A stretch of 64,000 bases of DNA from Lysobacterales bacterium (lineage in GTDB: Bacteria; Pseudomonadota; Gammaproteobacteria; Xanthomonadales; Ahniellaceae): assembly GCA_043738015.1 (NCBI GenBank), contig JAYSZM010000001.1, positions 17,809-81,808 on the forward strand, read 5' to 3'. Below are positions 27,017-35,632 of this stretch, piece after piece. The notes beneath the pieces are model-generated. The model was not told the DNA's origin. It ran no database searches and worked only from the letters and a program-made list of their open reading frames with translations. The position numbers and the translations under genes are program-made. The stretch's first letter is position 1, and each line of letters starts with the position of its first letter.

Positions 27017-27215
27017 GGGAACCTCTGAACAAGTCCGGAGCCGCGATAGCCCGCTAAGTCAGGGAGCGAAAAACCGCAGGTTTGACCAGCTAACGCTGTT
27101 GAAAACGACCAGCTCCGCTGCTGAAAACGGGGGTTTGGCAAACGCCAAGCTGGGTAGCAAAGACGTCGCCATGACTTGTTCAAAAGTTTCTGAGGTGTCC
27201 GTTGAAGTTTCTGCG
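27015..27215 (+). repeat. dispersed conserved element A, copy 1 (candidate structured leader or regulatory module)
   Basis: Conserved blocks match the reverse complement of 48543-48700: 33/35 (GAGGGAACCTCTGAACAAGTCCGGAGCCGCGATAG), 17/17 (GCTGGGTAGCAAAGACG) and 10/10 (GACTTGTTCA). An internal 10-bp long-range inverted repeat pairs 27026-27035 with 27172-27181. It contains a 23/22-nt tandem duplication (27084-27128) absent from copy 2. Confidence 0.85.
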
Positions 27216-27248
27216 CTGACTGGCTATCGGTGAGCATCCCACACTGGG

Positions 27249-27305
27249 CAAAAATTGGGGTACCAACTCGACTCGGGTTCGCTACGCTGGGCGTCCTTCC
27301 CGGTG
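27249..27305 (+). repeat. short repeat B, copy 1
   Basis: CAAAAATT..GTAC..ACTCGACTCGGGTTC..CCCGGTG is shared with 48840-48891 in the same orientation. The identical 15-mer is at 27266-27280 and 48862-48876. Confidence 0.6.
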
Positions 27306-27321
27306 AACTGGATGGTGACCC

Positions 27322-28587
27322 ATGGACACGAAAGCATGCCCGCATGTGCTGATACTCGGCGGTGGTTTTGCCGGTCTCTGGGCAACGCGCCGACTCGCTG
27401 ACGCGCCGGTGCGCATCACCCTGGTCGACCGCACCAATCACCATCTGTTCCAGCCCCTGCTGTATCAGGTCGCGACGGCCGGGCTGTCGGCGCCGGATAT
27501 CGCCGCTCCGCTCCGCCACATTCTGCGCCACCAGCGCAATGTCAGTGTGCGCATGGACGAGGTGCAATCGATTGATCCGGCCCGCCGCCGCGTGCACTGC
27601 GTCGATGGCGTGCTCGATTATGATTTTCTGCTGGTCGCGCTCGGCGCCACCCATTCGTACTTTGGCCACGATGACTGGTCGCAGCACGCGCCCGGCTTGA
27701 AGACGCTCGATGACGCACTGCGCGTGCGTCGGCGCATTCTGTCGGCGTTCGAGGCGGCCGAGCGCGAGACCGATCCAACCCGGCGCGCGGCCCTGCTCAA
27801 CTTCGTGGTGATCGGCGCGGGGCCAACCGGTGTGGAACTCGCCGGCACCCTGGCCGAAATCGCGCGCCACACCTTGCCCCGCGAATTTCGCAACGCCGAT
27901 CCCGGCACGGCGGGTATCCACCTGGTCGAGGCCGGGCCCAAGGTGCTGGCGGCGATGCCCGATGCGCTCTCCGCCAGTGCACGCCGCCAGCTTGAGGCGC
28001 TTGGCGTCAGCGTGCACCTGGGGACTGCGGTGACCGCGATTGACGCCAGCGGCGTACATCTTGGTGATCGCCATATACCCAGCCACACCGTGCTCTGGGC
28101 CGCGGGAGTCGCCGCGATGCCGATCGGTCGCAGCCTCGGCGTCCCGCTTGATCGCGCCGGCAGGGTGATCGTCGCGCCGGATCTCTCGGTGCCAGGCCAC
28201 GCCGAAATCTTTGTTGCCGGCGATCTCGCCAGCATCGCCGATGCTTCTGGTCGACCTGTGCCGGGCGTGGCGCCTGCCGCCAAGCAGATGGGCGCGCACG
28301 TTGCGGCTGCCATCCGTGCGCGATTGTCAGCGCGCGCGCCGGATCCATTTCGCTATCGCGACTTCGGCAATCTGGCGACCATCGGAAGAATGGCCGCCGT
28401 GGTGGATTTCGGCCGGCTGCGCTTCTCCGGACTGCTGGCCTGGTGGTTCTGGCTGATAGCGCACATCTTTTTTCTGATCGGATTTCGCAACCGGATCAGT
28501 GTGCTGCTCAACTGGGCCTGGTCGTATTGGACCTATCAACGCGGCGCCCGCATCATCACCGGCAGCGAGCCAGAGCCGCCAAGCTGA
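27322..28587 (+). CDS. ndh: type II NADH dehydrogenase (NDH-2)
   Basis: VLILGGGFAGLW dinucleotide fold, NHHLFQPLLYQVATAGL, a second GAGPTGVELAG fold and a C-terminal membrane-anchoring helix. Confidence 0.9.
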   Translation: MDTKACPHVLILGGGFAGLWATRRLADAPVRITLVDRTNHHLFQPLLYQVATAGLSAPDIAAPLRHILRHQRNVSVRMDEVQSIDPARRRVHCVDGVLDYDFLLVALGATHSYFGHDDWSQHAPGLKTLDDALRVRRRILSAFEAAERETDPTRRAALLNFVVIGAGPTGVELAGTLAEIARHTLPREFRNADPGTAGIHLVEAGPKVLAAMPDALSASARRQLEALGVSVHLGTAVTAIDASGVHLGDRHIPSHTVLWAAGVAAMPIGRSLGVPLDRAGRVIVAPDLSVPGHAEIFVAGDLASIADASGRPVPGVAPAAKQMGAHVAAAIRARLSARAPDPFRYRDFGNLATIGRMAAVVDFGRLRFSGLLAWWFWLIAHIFFLIGFRNRISVLLNWAWSYWTYQRGARIITGSEPEPPS

Positions 28588-28611
28588 ACGTGCGTCTGCT
28601 GTAGAAATCAC

Positions 28612-28628
28612 GTTAACGATGAGCTAAC
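28612..28628 (+). promoter_or_regulatory. possible OmpR/PhoB-family direct repeat (PmrA-box-like)
   Basis: GTTAAC-N5-GCTAAC with 11-bp periodicity in a lower-GC patch about 100 nt upstream of the PAP2-eptA pair. It resembles CTTAAG-N5-CTTAAG only loosely, and no cognate regulator is in the window. Confidence 0.2.
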
Positions 28629-28729
28629 CGCATTCCGACCCGGCTCCGACAGCCGCAGCCGTACAAGGTACTTCCTGACGTTCACCAGCATTCCGCCGCG
28701 CATTCCGCGCGACCTGGCCCGTCCGCTCG

Positions 28730-29482
28730 ATGGAAGTTCCTGTGTTGAATACCCTGCTCGCCGGCTCCTGGCCGGCACCAGCTTCGTCGCCGCACTCGCT
28801 GACCGGGTACTACTGGACGCATCTGCTGGCCCCGGTCCTGCTTGCGGTGACGGCTGGCGCCTTGCTGATGTATGCCGGTGGCGATCAGTGGCTGGCGGAT
28901 CGGATCTATCGCTGGGGTGGCGGCGCATGGAACCTGCGCGCGCATTTTTTCACCGCGAAGATCATTCATCCCGGCGGCAGGTACCTGAGCCTTGCGCTCT
29001 GGCTGGGTTTTGCCTGGGCCTGGTGGCGATCCGGTCGTGATCCACAACTGATCCGTTGGCGCAGACCGCTCGCATTTCTGTTGTTGTCCACCCTGTTGGC
29101 GACCAGCTTGATCGCCCTTCTCAAGGCGCAGATCCAGATGGATTGCGCCTGGGATGTGCTCGGCTATGGTGGCCAGCGGCCCTTCCTCGGGTTGTTCCAG
29201 TCGCGGCCGTCCTGGCTTCCCGACGCCGGATGCTTTCCGGCAGGCCATGCCGGCGCGGGCTACAGCTGGGTTGCGCTGTATTTCTTCTTCGCTGCGACCA
29301 TGCCCAAATGGCGCTGGCGCGGCCTGGCGGTCGGGCTGACGCTTGGCCTGGTTTTTGGTCTCTCGCAGCAACTGCGTGGCGCCCACTTCGCCTCACATGA
29401 CGTGGCCACACTGCTGGTGTGCTGGCTGGTCGCGCTGACGCTTGGTCGGCTGATGCTGCGGCCAGCACGGCGCGACGCATGA
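28730..29482 (+). CDS. PAP2 family lipid phosphatase
   Basis: Multi-TM protein with PAP2 motifs (CFPAGHAGAGY = PSGH-like; SQQLRGAHFASHDVA = SRxxxxxHxxxD-like). Confidence 0.75.
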   Translation: MEVPVLNTLLAGSWPAPASSPHSLTGYYWTHLLAPVLLAVTAGALLMYAGGDQWLADRIYRWGGGAWNLRAHFFTAKIIHPGGRYLSLALWLGFAWAWWRSGRDPQLIRWRRPLAFLLLSTLLATSLIALLKAQIQMDCAWDVLGYGGQRPFLGLFQSRPSWLPDAGCFPAGHAGAGYSWVALYFFFAATMPKWRWRGLAVGLTLGLVFGLSQQLRGAHFASHDVATLLVCWLVALTLGRLMLRPARRDA

Positions 29483-31197
29483 TCGCGACGCCAGATCGTG
29501 GACGCTGGCGTCAACTGCTGGCCTATCGACCCGAGCTCCGCGTGGAATGGATGGCCTTGCTCAGCTGTCTGTTCCTGGCGCTGTTCAGCAATACCTCCTT
29601 CTGGCGCGCCGCGTTGGCCGGCTATGCGCCGGGGGAATTCGGCACCTGGCGTTTCGCTTTCGGTACCTTCGTCGCTCTGGCCGGACTGCATCTGGTGCTG
29701 TTTCTGCTGGTGCTCAATCGATGGACGGTCAAGCCGCTGCTGGCCGCAATTTTTGTCGCGACCGCGATGGCGGCGTACTACCAGGATCGCTATGGCGTGT
29801 TCCTCGATGTCGACATGCTGCGCAACATCCTGCATACCGAATACAAGGAAGCGCGCGAGCTGATCACACCGGGTCTGTTCGGGTATTTGTTGCTGTACGC
29901 GGTGCTACCGATCCTTATCCTGCTGCGTCTGCGCATCGCCACACGCCGCTGGTCGACGGCGCTATGGCTGCGCGCCGCGGCATTGTGCGTCACCCTTGCT
30001 GTTACCGCGTTCGGCATGGTGCTGGCCTTCCGCGATTTATCCATCTTGATGCGCAATCACAAGGAAGTGCGCTATCTGGTGACACCGGGCAATTATCTCT
30101 ACGCGAGCGTGCGTGCCGGAATCGCCGATGTGCAGCAAGGCCAGCAAGCACTGCTGACGGTCGGTGCTGACGCCCGCCTGTTGGCCCGTGCGCCCGAGGC
30201 GCCCGCACGGATCGTCGTGGTCGTCGTCGGCGAAACCGTCCGCGCCGATCACTGGGGCTTGAACGGCTATGCGCGTGACACAACGCCGCAGCTTCGCGAA
30301 CTTGGTGTCGTCAACTTTCCCGACGTCGGCAGCTGCGGCACAGCCACAGAAGTATCACTGCCCTGCATGTTTTCCGCCGTCGGTCGGCGCGATTACGACG
30401 AGGCGCGGATCCGCGGATCGGAGTCGCTGCTGCATGTGGTCGAGCGCGCCGGAGTGAAAACCTTGTGGCGCGACAACCAGACCGGCTGCAAGGGCGTCTG
30501 CAGCGAGCGCGATTTCCAGCAGCTCAACGCGCTCGAAGTACCTGGGGTGTGCAAGGGCGGACTCTGTTACGACGAGATCCTGCTCGACGGCTTGCAGGCC
30601 GAGCTCGATCGCCGCCCCGGCGACGTGCTGCTGGTCCTGCATCCATTGGGCAATCACGGGCCCAGCTACTTCGCTCGCTATCCGGAAAGCTTTCGCCGCT
30701 ACGCACCCACTTGCGACACCGCTGAGCTACGTCTATGCAGCAGCGAGCAAATCATCAACAGCTACGACAATGCTGTGCTCTATGGCGATCATGTGGTCGC
30801 CGAGACCATCCGTCTGCTGCAAAAGCAGACGCGCGACAGTGCCCTGATTTACGTCTCTGATCACGGTGAGTCTTTGGGTGAGCACAATCTCTACCTGCAC
30901 GGTATTCCCTACGCCATCGCGCCAAGGGCCCAAACGACGGTGCCGATGGTCGCCTGGCTGAGTCCTGCACTCGAGCACTCGCTGGGGATCGAACCCGCCT
31001 GCATGGACCAGGTCGCTGCACAACCTGCCGCGCACGATCATCTTTTCCACAGTGTCCTGGGCCTGTTTGACGTGCTCAGCCGGGCCTATGAGCCCCGGTA
31101 CGACCTGTTCCGGGACTGCCGCACGGCATCCAGTTTGCTCGTTGCAGAGCGCGCTTCCGCGCCAGACCGACCCGGCCCGCTCGCGGCATCGCCGTAA
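29479..31197 (+). CDS. eptA: phosphoethanolamine--lipid A transferase (EptA/MCR-like)
   Basis: The ATG at 29479 overlaps the PAP2 stop (ATGA). N-terminal 5-TM domain, sulfatase-type domain with VVVVGETVRADHWGLNGY, the nucleophile region SCGTATEVSLPCMFS, and YVSDHGESLGEHNLYLHG. Confidence 0.9.
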   Translation: MIATPDRGRWRQLLAYRPELRVEWMALLSCLFLALFSNTSFWRAALAGYAPGEFGTWRFAFGTFVALAGLHLVLFLLVLNRWTVKPLLAAIFVATAMAAYYQDRYGVFLDVDMLRNILHTEYKEARELITPGLFGYLLLYAVLPILILLRLRIATRRWSTALWLRAAALCVTLAVTAFGMVLAFRDLSILMRNHKEVRYLVTPGNYLYASVRAGIADVQQGQQALLTVGADARLLARAPEAPARIVVVVVGETVRADHWGLNGYARDTTPQLRELGVVNFPDVGSCGTATEVSLPCMFSAVGRRDYDEARIRGSESLLHVVERAGVKTLWRDNQTGCKGVCSERDFQQLNALEVPGVCKGGLCYDEILLDGLQAELDRRPGDVLLVLHPLGNHGPSYFARYPESFRRYAPTCDTAELRLCSSEQIINSYDNAVLYGDHVVAETIRLLQKQTRDSALIYVSDHGESLGEHNLYLHGIPYAIAPRAQTTVPMVAWLSPALEHSLGIEPACMDQVAAQPAAHDHLFHSVLGLFDVLSRAYEPRYDLFRDCRTASSLLVAERASAPDRPGPLAASP

Positions 31198-31199
31198 TT

Positions 31200-31226
31200 G
31201 CGGCACAATTGCCGCTGTTATCTTTG
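31200..31226 (+). terminator. candidate rho-independent terminator after eptA
   Basis: A GCGGCA-CAAT-TGCCGC stem followed by TGTTATCTTTGA, starting 3 nt after the TAA stop. Confidence 0.5.
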
Positions 31227-31394
31227 ATGGAACCATCGCTCATCGGCCCCGGTCTCTGAATCGGGATGTTCCGCCGGTCCGTCAGCAATCCTGGTGCGCG
31301 CACCGTGGCGTCGATCCTGCCGACAGGGCTGACGGTATTGAGCCGATTTTTCCGCCTTTTACGCAGTAGTCGCTATCCAACTTCGGAAATTCTG

Positions 31395-34300
31395 ATGAAA
31401 AAGTTTGCCCGCTTTGCCCGGTCTCCGCTCACCATCGCGCTGGCTGCGCTGTTCAGTTCCGCTGTCGGTGCGCGCGAGCTCGGAAATTTCGACGTCAATA
31501 CCGCAGGCGGCAAGACGCTCAGCTTTGCAGCGCCCGATCAGGCGGACGGGCGGCCACAACGGGCTGGGCGCGATGCGCTGGGCCGGGCGACGTTTACCTG
31601 GGTCCAGCAGGACCTCTCCGCAGCCGCCAAGTCGGTGGTTAGCGATCCCGAGTCCGCCGCGCGCGCGCATCTGGGCCTGCTGCTCGATTCCGCCAAGCAC
31701 CGCGTGGACGCGGCGACCGCACTGAACCTGCACAAAGTTGATGACCAGCGCGGCGGCGCAAAATTGGTTCAGTTCAAAGCCCGTCTGCAAGGCGTGTCGA
31801 TTTTCCGCGAGGATCTCGCCCTGCTGCTCGATCGCGATCAGCGTCTGATCGCGATGCGCGGTCCGCTGCCGGATACCTCGGCAGCGCAGGCCAAATCGCT
31901 GCCGGCATTCCGATTGGGGGCCGCCGAAGCCATTGCCGCTGCGCTGAAATCCTATGATTTTCCCGCCGAAGTAGCGGGCAAGCTGCGCGCCGGGGCCTTG
32001 AACGGCGACTATCAGCATTTTGAACTGCCGGCCAAACTGAGCAGCGACAGTGGTGCAATCGCCGCGGGCGAACAGCGTGCCAAGCGTGTCTACTACCGCA
32101 CGGCTGCGGGGCTGCAGCCGGCCTGGTATGTGGAAACCCAGATCGCCGATTCGGCAGGCGTCGCGGGCGACGTGTATGGTCATGTAATTTCGGCACTCGA
32201 TGGCAGCACGCTGTTCCGCAAGAACCACACCGCGCATGCGGATAACTTCGGCTACCGCGTCTGGGCCGAGAACAGTAGCGAGGGACTGCCCTATCCGAGC
32301 CCGTTCGGGCGCAATGCCACACCCGACCCGGATAGCCTGCCGACCAACAACGTCGTCGCGACGATTCCGCAGGAGTTGCGCAGCCTGGCCAATGCGCCGT
32401 TCAGTCGCTCGGCCACCGATGGCTGGTTGGCGCCGGAGGCGACCACCACGAGCGGCAACAATGTGCGTGCTTATGGCGATCTGGTGGCGCCCGACGGCTT
32501 GAATGACGGCGATCTGTTGCCGACTGCGACCAGCCCCGGAACCTTCGACTACCTTCATGATTTCAACCTGGCTCCCGGCGCCAGCGCAACGCAGAGCCAG
32601 GCCGCAACGGTCAACCTGTTCTATGTGGTGAACTGGTTGCATGACTGGTTCTACGACCACGGTTTCACCGAGACCGATGGCAACGGCCAGCTCGACAATT
32701 ACGGTCGTGGTGGGTTTGGTGGCGACCGCATTCAGGCCGAGGCGCAGGACTACGACGTGATCGACAATGCCAACATGGCGACGCCGAGTGACGGATTCGC
32801 GCCGCGCATGCAGATGGGTCTGTGGGGCACCACCGCCGTGCGCGACAGCAGTCTCGACGCAACGATCATCGCCCACGAATGGGGTCATTACCTCAGCAAT
32901 CGCCTTGTGCTTGATGCCAACGGGCTGGACACCCAGCATGCGTCGGGCATGGGAGAAGGCTGGAGCGACGTCATTGCGTTGTTGATCATGACCAAGGAAG
33001 AGGATCGGCTCAAGCCCGGGAATGCCAGCTTCTCGGGGGCCTATGCCGGTGCCGGATATGCCGCGAACGATTCGTACTATGGCGTGCGTCGCTACCCCTT
33101 CTCGACCGATCTCAGCAAGAGTCCATTGACCCTGCGTCACATTGCGGACAGCAACGCGCTTCCGCCCAGTCCGCCGCCCGGAGAGTCGGGGTCCGCGAAC
33201 AGCCAGGTGCACAACCAGGGTGAGATCTGGGCGCTTGCACTTTGGGAAGCCTATGTGGCCCTGTTGAACGACAGCGGCCGACTGAGCTTCACCGAGGCGC
33301 AGAACCGGATGAAGGACTATCTGGTCGCCGGCATGAAGATGACACCCGGCTCGCCGACCATGGTCGAGGCGCGTGACGCCATCCTCGCCAGTGTTCTTGC
33401 CAGCGGCGAGACGGCTGACTTCGCGTTGTTCACGGCAGCTTTTGCCAAACGTGGACTCGGTGCTGGCGCCGTCATTCCAGACCGCTACAGCCTGATCAAT
33501 GCAGGCGTGGTCGAGAGCACCTTGCAGGGTGGCGATATTGCCGTGTCCGACAGCGTGGTCGGTATTCCGACTGGCTGCGATGCCGATACCGTGCTTGATG
33601 TCGGTGAGACGGCCATGATCTCGGTGACTGTGGACAACACCGGTTTCATCGCGTTGAACTCGGCGACGGCGACCCTCAGCTCGAGCAATCCCGCCCTGAC
33701 TTTTCCCAATGGCCCGACGATCACCCTGGGTTCGGTGCCCCTGTTCGGCAGCAAGACGGCCAGCATTCCGGTCCGACTCAATGCCAGTGTGCCTGCCAAT
33801 ACCCCGATCACGATCACGGCGACACCGGACGCGCCGGGTATCAATGCACCGCCTGGCGTAGCCGGCTCGACCCGAATCTTTGTCAACTACGATCAGACCG
33901 CACAGGCCACTGCGACCGAGACCTTCGACGGCAATCGGAATGCCTGGCGCGGCCGTCGCGACCCAGCCGGATTCGGCTCCGAGTCGTGGACACAGCGCGA
34001 AGAGACCGGCAAGTTTTTCCTGCATGGCTCCGATCAGAATTCCAACTCGGTCAACTGGATCGAGTCGCCGCAACTGTCGGTTGGTAGTGGGCCGCTCAGC
34101 ATCACACTGAACCATCGTCATGCCTTCGAGACCGATGCCAACGAGTTCTACGATGGCGGCGTGATCCAGGCCAGTATCGATGGTGGTGTCACCTGGACCG
34201 ACATCGACGCGACCGCGGCGGGCTATTCAACGGGCACGCTGTCGAGCTGTTGCGGCAATCCACTTGCCGGCAAGCGCGGCTATCTGCACAACAGCGCGCT

Positions 34301-35285
34301 GTATCCGAATTTCAGGGATCAGCTGATCAATCTCGGCACGACCTATGCCAACCAGGCCAATTTCCGTGTGCGCTTCGGTGTTGCTACCGATGCCGCTTCG
34401 TCCGGCCTTGGTTGGGATATCAACACGGTTGCGATCAGCGGCTTGACCAATACGCCATTTGACGTGGTGGCCGAACAGGCGGCGAGCTGCAGCCTCAACA
34501 ATGGCAAGTCCCTGCAGGGTGCGCTCAGCGGCACGTACTATTCTGCGCAGCGCTCGGGCGAGGGCGTGCTGGTTGATTTCGGTCAGGTCGGTACGACACC
34601 CGTGGTGTTCTTCACCTGGTACACCTACGGTGACGGCGAGCAACAGTGGCTGGTCGGCAGCAATGCGTTTGCGACCACCGACAAGAGCATCGCCATTGAT
34701 CTGATCAGCACGCGCGGCGCCAGTTTCGGCAGCGGCTTCCAACCCAGCGATGTGGTGCGCGCTCCTTGGGGTAGCGCGGCACTCGCGTTCCCCGACTGCA
34801 ACACGATGACGCTGACCTTTCAGAACGCTGATGGTGAACGCGGCACGCAAACACTGAGCCGGCTGTTCGGCGCTCTGCCAGCGGGTCAATGCGGCCTGCT
34901 CCATGGTGGACTGAGTGGCACCTATTATTCGCCCAGTCGTTCTGGCGAGGGCGTGCTGGTCGACTTTGGTCAGGTCAGCGGCACGCCGGTGGAGTTCTTC
35001 ACCTGGTACACCTATGGCAGCGGGGATCAACAGTGGCTGGTCGGCAGCAACGCCTTCAGCAGTGGCGACTCCATGCTCGCCCTCGATCTGGTGAGCACGC
35101 GCGGTGCGGATTTCGGTGACGCTTTCGATCCAGCCGATGTTGTGCGCACGCCCTGGGGCACGGTCACTCAGCGATTCCCCGACTGCAATACGATGGAGCT
35201 GAGCTATCAGAAGACCGGCGGCGAATCAGGTACACAAATCCTGACCCGCGTGCTCGGCCGTCTCGAAACCGGGCAGTGCCAGTAG
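31395..35285 (+). CDS. secreted M36 (fungalysin-type) zinc metalloprotease with a duplicated C-terminal domain
   Basis: The ATG at 31395 gives the signal peptide MKKFARFARSPLTIALAALFSSAVGA. The HExxH zinc site lies in IIAHEWGHYLSNRL, as in fungalysins. Two tandem ~130-aa Cys-bounded repeats are at the C-terminus. Confidence 0.8.
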   Translation: MKKFARFARSPLTIALAALFSSAVGARELGNFDVNTAGGKTLSFAAPDQADGRPQRAGRDALGRATFTWVQQDLSAAAKSVVSDPESAARAHLGLLLDSAKHRVDAATALNLHKVDDQRGGAKLVQFKARLQGVSIFREDLALLLDRDQRLIAMRGPLPDTSAAQAKSLPAFRLGAAEAIAAALKSYDFPAEVAGKLRAGALNGDYQHFELPAKLSSDSGAIAAGEQRAKRVYYRTAAGLQPAWYVETQIADSAGVAGDVYGHVISALDGSTLFRKNHTAHADNFGYRVWAENSSEGLPYPSPFGRNATPDPDSLPTNNVVATIPQELRSLANAPFSRSATDGWLAPEATTTSGNNVRAYGDLVAPDGLNDGDLLPTATSPGTFDYLHDFNLAPGASATQSQAATVNLFYVVNWLHDWFYDHGFTETDGNGQLDNYGRGGFGGDRIQAEAQDYDVIDNANMATPSDGFAPRMQMGLWGTTAVRDSSLDATIIAHEWGHYLSNRLVLDANGLDTQHASGMGEGWSDVIALLIMTKEEDRLKPGNASFSGAYAGAGYAANDSYYGVRRYPFSTDLSKSPLTLRHIADSNALPPSPPPGESGSANSQVHNQGEIWALALWEAYVALLNDSGRLSFTEAQNRMKDYLVAGMKMTPGSPTMVEARDAILASVLASGETADFALFTAAFAKRGLGAGAVIPDRYSLINAGVVESTLQGGDIAVSDSVVGIPTGCDADTVLDVGETAMISVTVDNTGFIALNSATATLSSSNPALTFPNGPTITLGSVPLFGSKTASIPVRLNASVPANTPITITATPDAPGINAPPGVAGSTRIFVNYDQTAQATATETFDGNRNAWRGRRDPAGFGSESWTQREETGKFFLHGSDQNSNSVNWIESPQLSVGSGPLSITLNHRHAFETDANEFYDGGVIQASIDGGVTWTDIDATAAGYSTGTLSSCCGNPLAGKRGYLHNSALYPNFRDQLINLGTTYANQANFRVRFGVATDAASSGLGWDINTVAISGLTNTPFDVVAEQAASCSLNNGKSLQGALSGTYYSAQRSGEGVLVDFGQVGTTPVVFFTWYTYGDGEQQWLVGSNAFATTDKSIAIDLISTRGASFGSGFQPSDVVRAPWGSAALAFPDCNTMTLTFQNADGERGTQTLSRLFGALPAGQCGLLHGGLSGTYYSPSRSGEGVLVDFGQVSGTPVEFFTWYTYGSGDQQWLVGSNAFSSGDSMLALDLVSTRGADFGDAFDPADVVRTPWGTVTQRFPDCNTMELSYQKTGGESGTQILTRVLGRLETGQCQ

Positions 35286-35304
35286 GCAACGACCAGCACA
35301 GTCT

Positions 35305-35460
35305 TCGGTAGCGCAGCTTGTTGTAGCGCAGCTTTGCGAGATGCCGTCGGAACGCCGCGGCGGATTCAGGGTGGCATCCCGGTGAGATGCCATCCCAACT
35401 CCACCGCGCATTCGGGCTGGCATCTCGCAGAGATGCCGCATCGCAAGCTTCAGCTGATCG
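35305..35460. repeat. cluster of REP-like palindromes (GGCATCTC-N3-GAGATGCC family)
   Basis: GTAGCGCAGCTT occurs twice (35308-35319, 35323-35334). TGGCATCCCGGTGAGATGCCA is at 35372-35392 and GGCATCTCGCAGAGATGCC at 35419-35437. Related single copies are at 36839-36857 and 40508-40533. Confidence 0.7.
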
Positions 35461-35632
35461 GAGTGCCGCCCAATCACCTCGGTCGGAGCATCAAATCCAC
35501 CATCTCGGCAGGTTGGCGCTGCCTTGTGCCCTCAGTCGGCGCCAGGTCGTCGCCGTGCGTGGCCCCCAACGTTCAACAAAATCCGTATTACCCAGGGCGG
35601 CAACTCGTGCCGTCAACTCCGGTGAGAACGAA

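Noticed and set aside
27266-27280. tRNA-like fragment (GGGTTCG) that could mark an integration site
   Set aside because: The sequence continues GGGTTCGCTACGC or GGGTTCCGTC rather than the T-loop GGTTCGAATCC. No acceptor stem or cloverleaf could be drawn, and no integrase gene is nearby.
26800-28299. 499-aa minus-strand ORF across the ygjV-ndh region
   Set aside because: It is antisense to NDH-2, which has clear FAD/NAD folds. Its composition is Arg-rich and it spans an intergenic repeat.
31359-34121. 920-aa minus-strand ORF antisense to the M36 protease gene
   Set aside because: A typical high-GC antisense artefact, Arg/Gly-rich with no motifs. The plus-strand gene has a signal peptide and an HExxH site.
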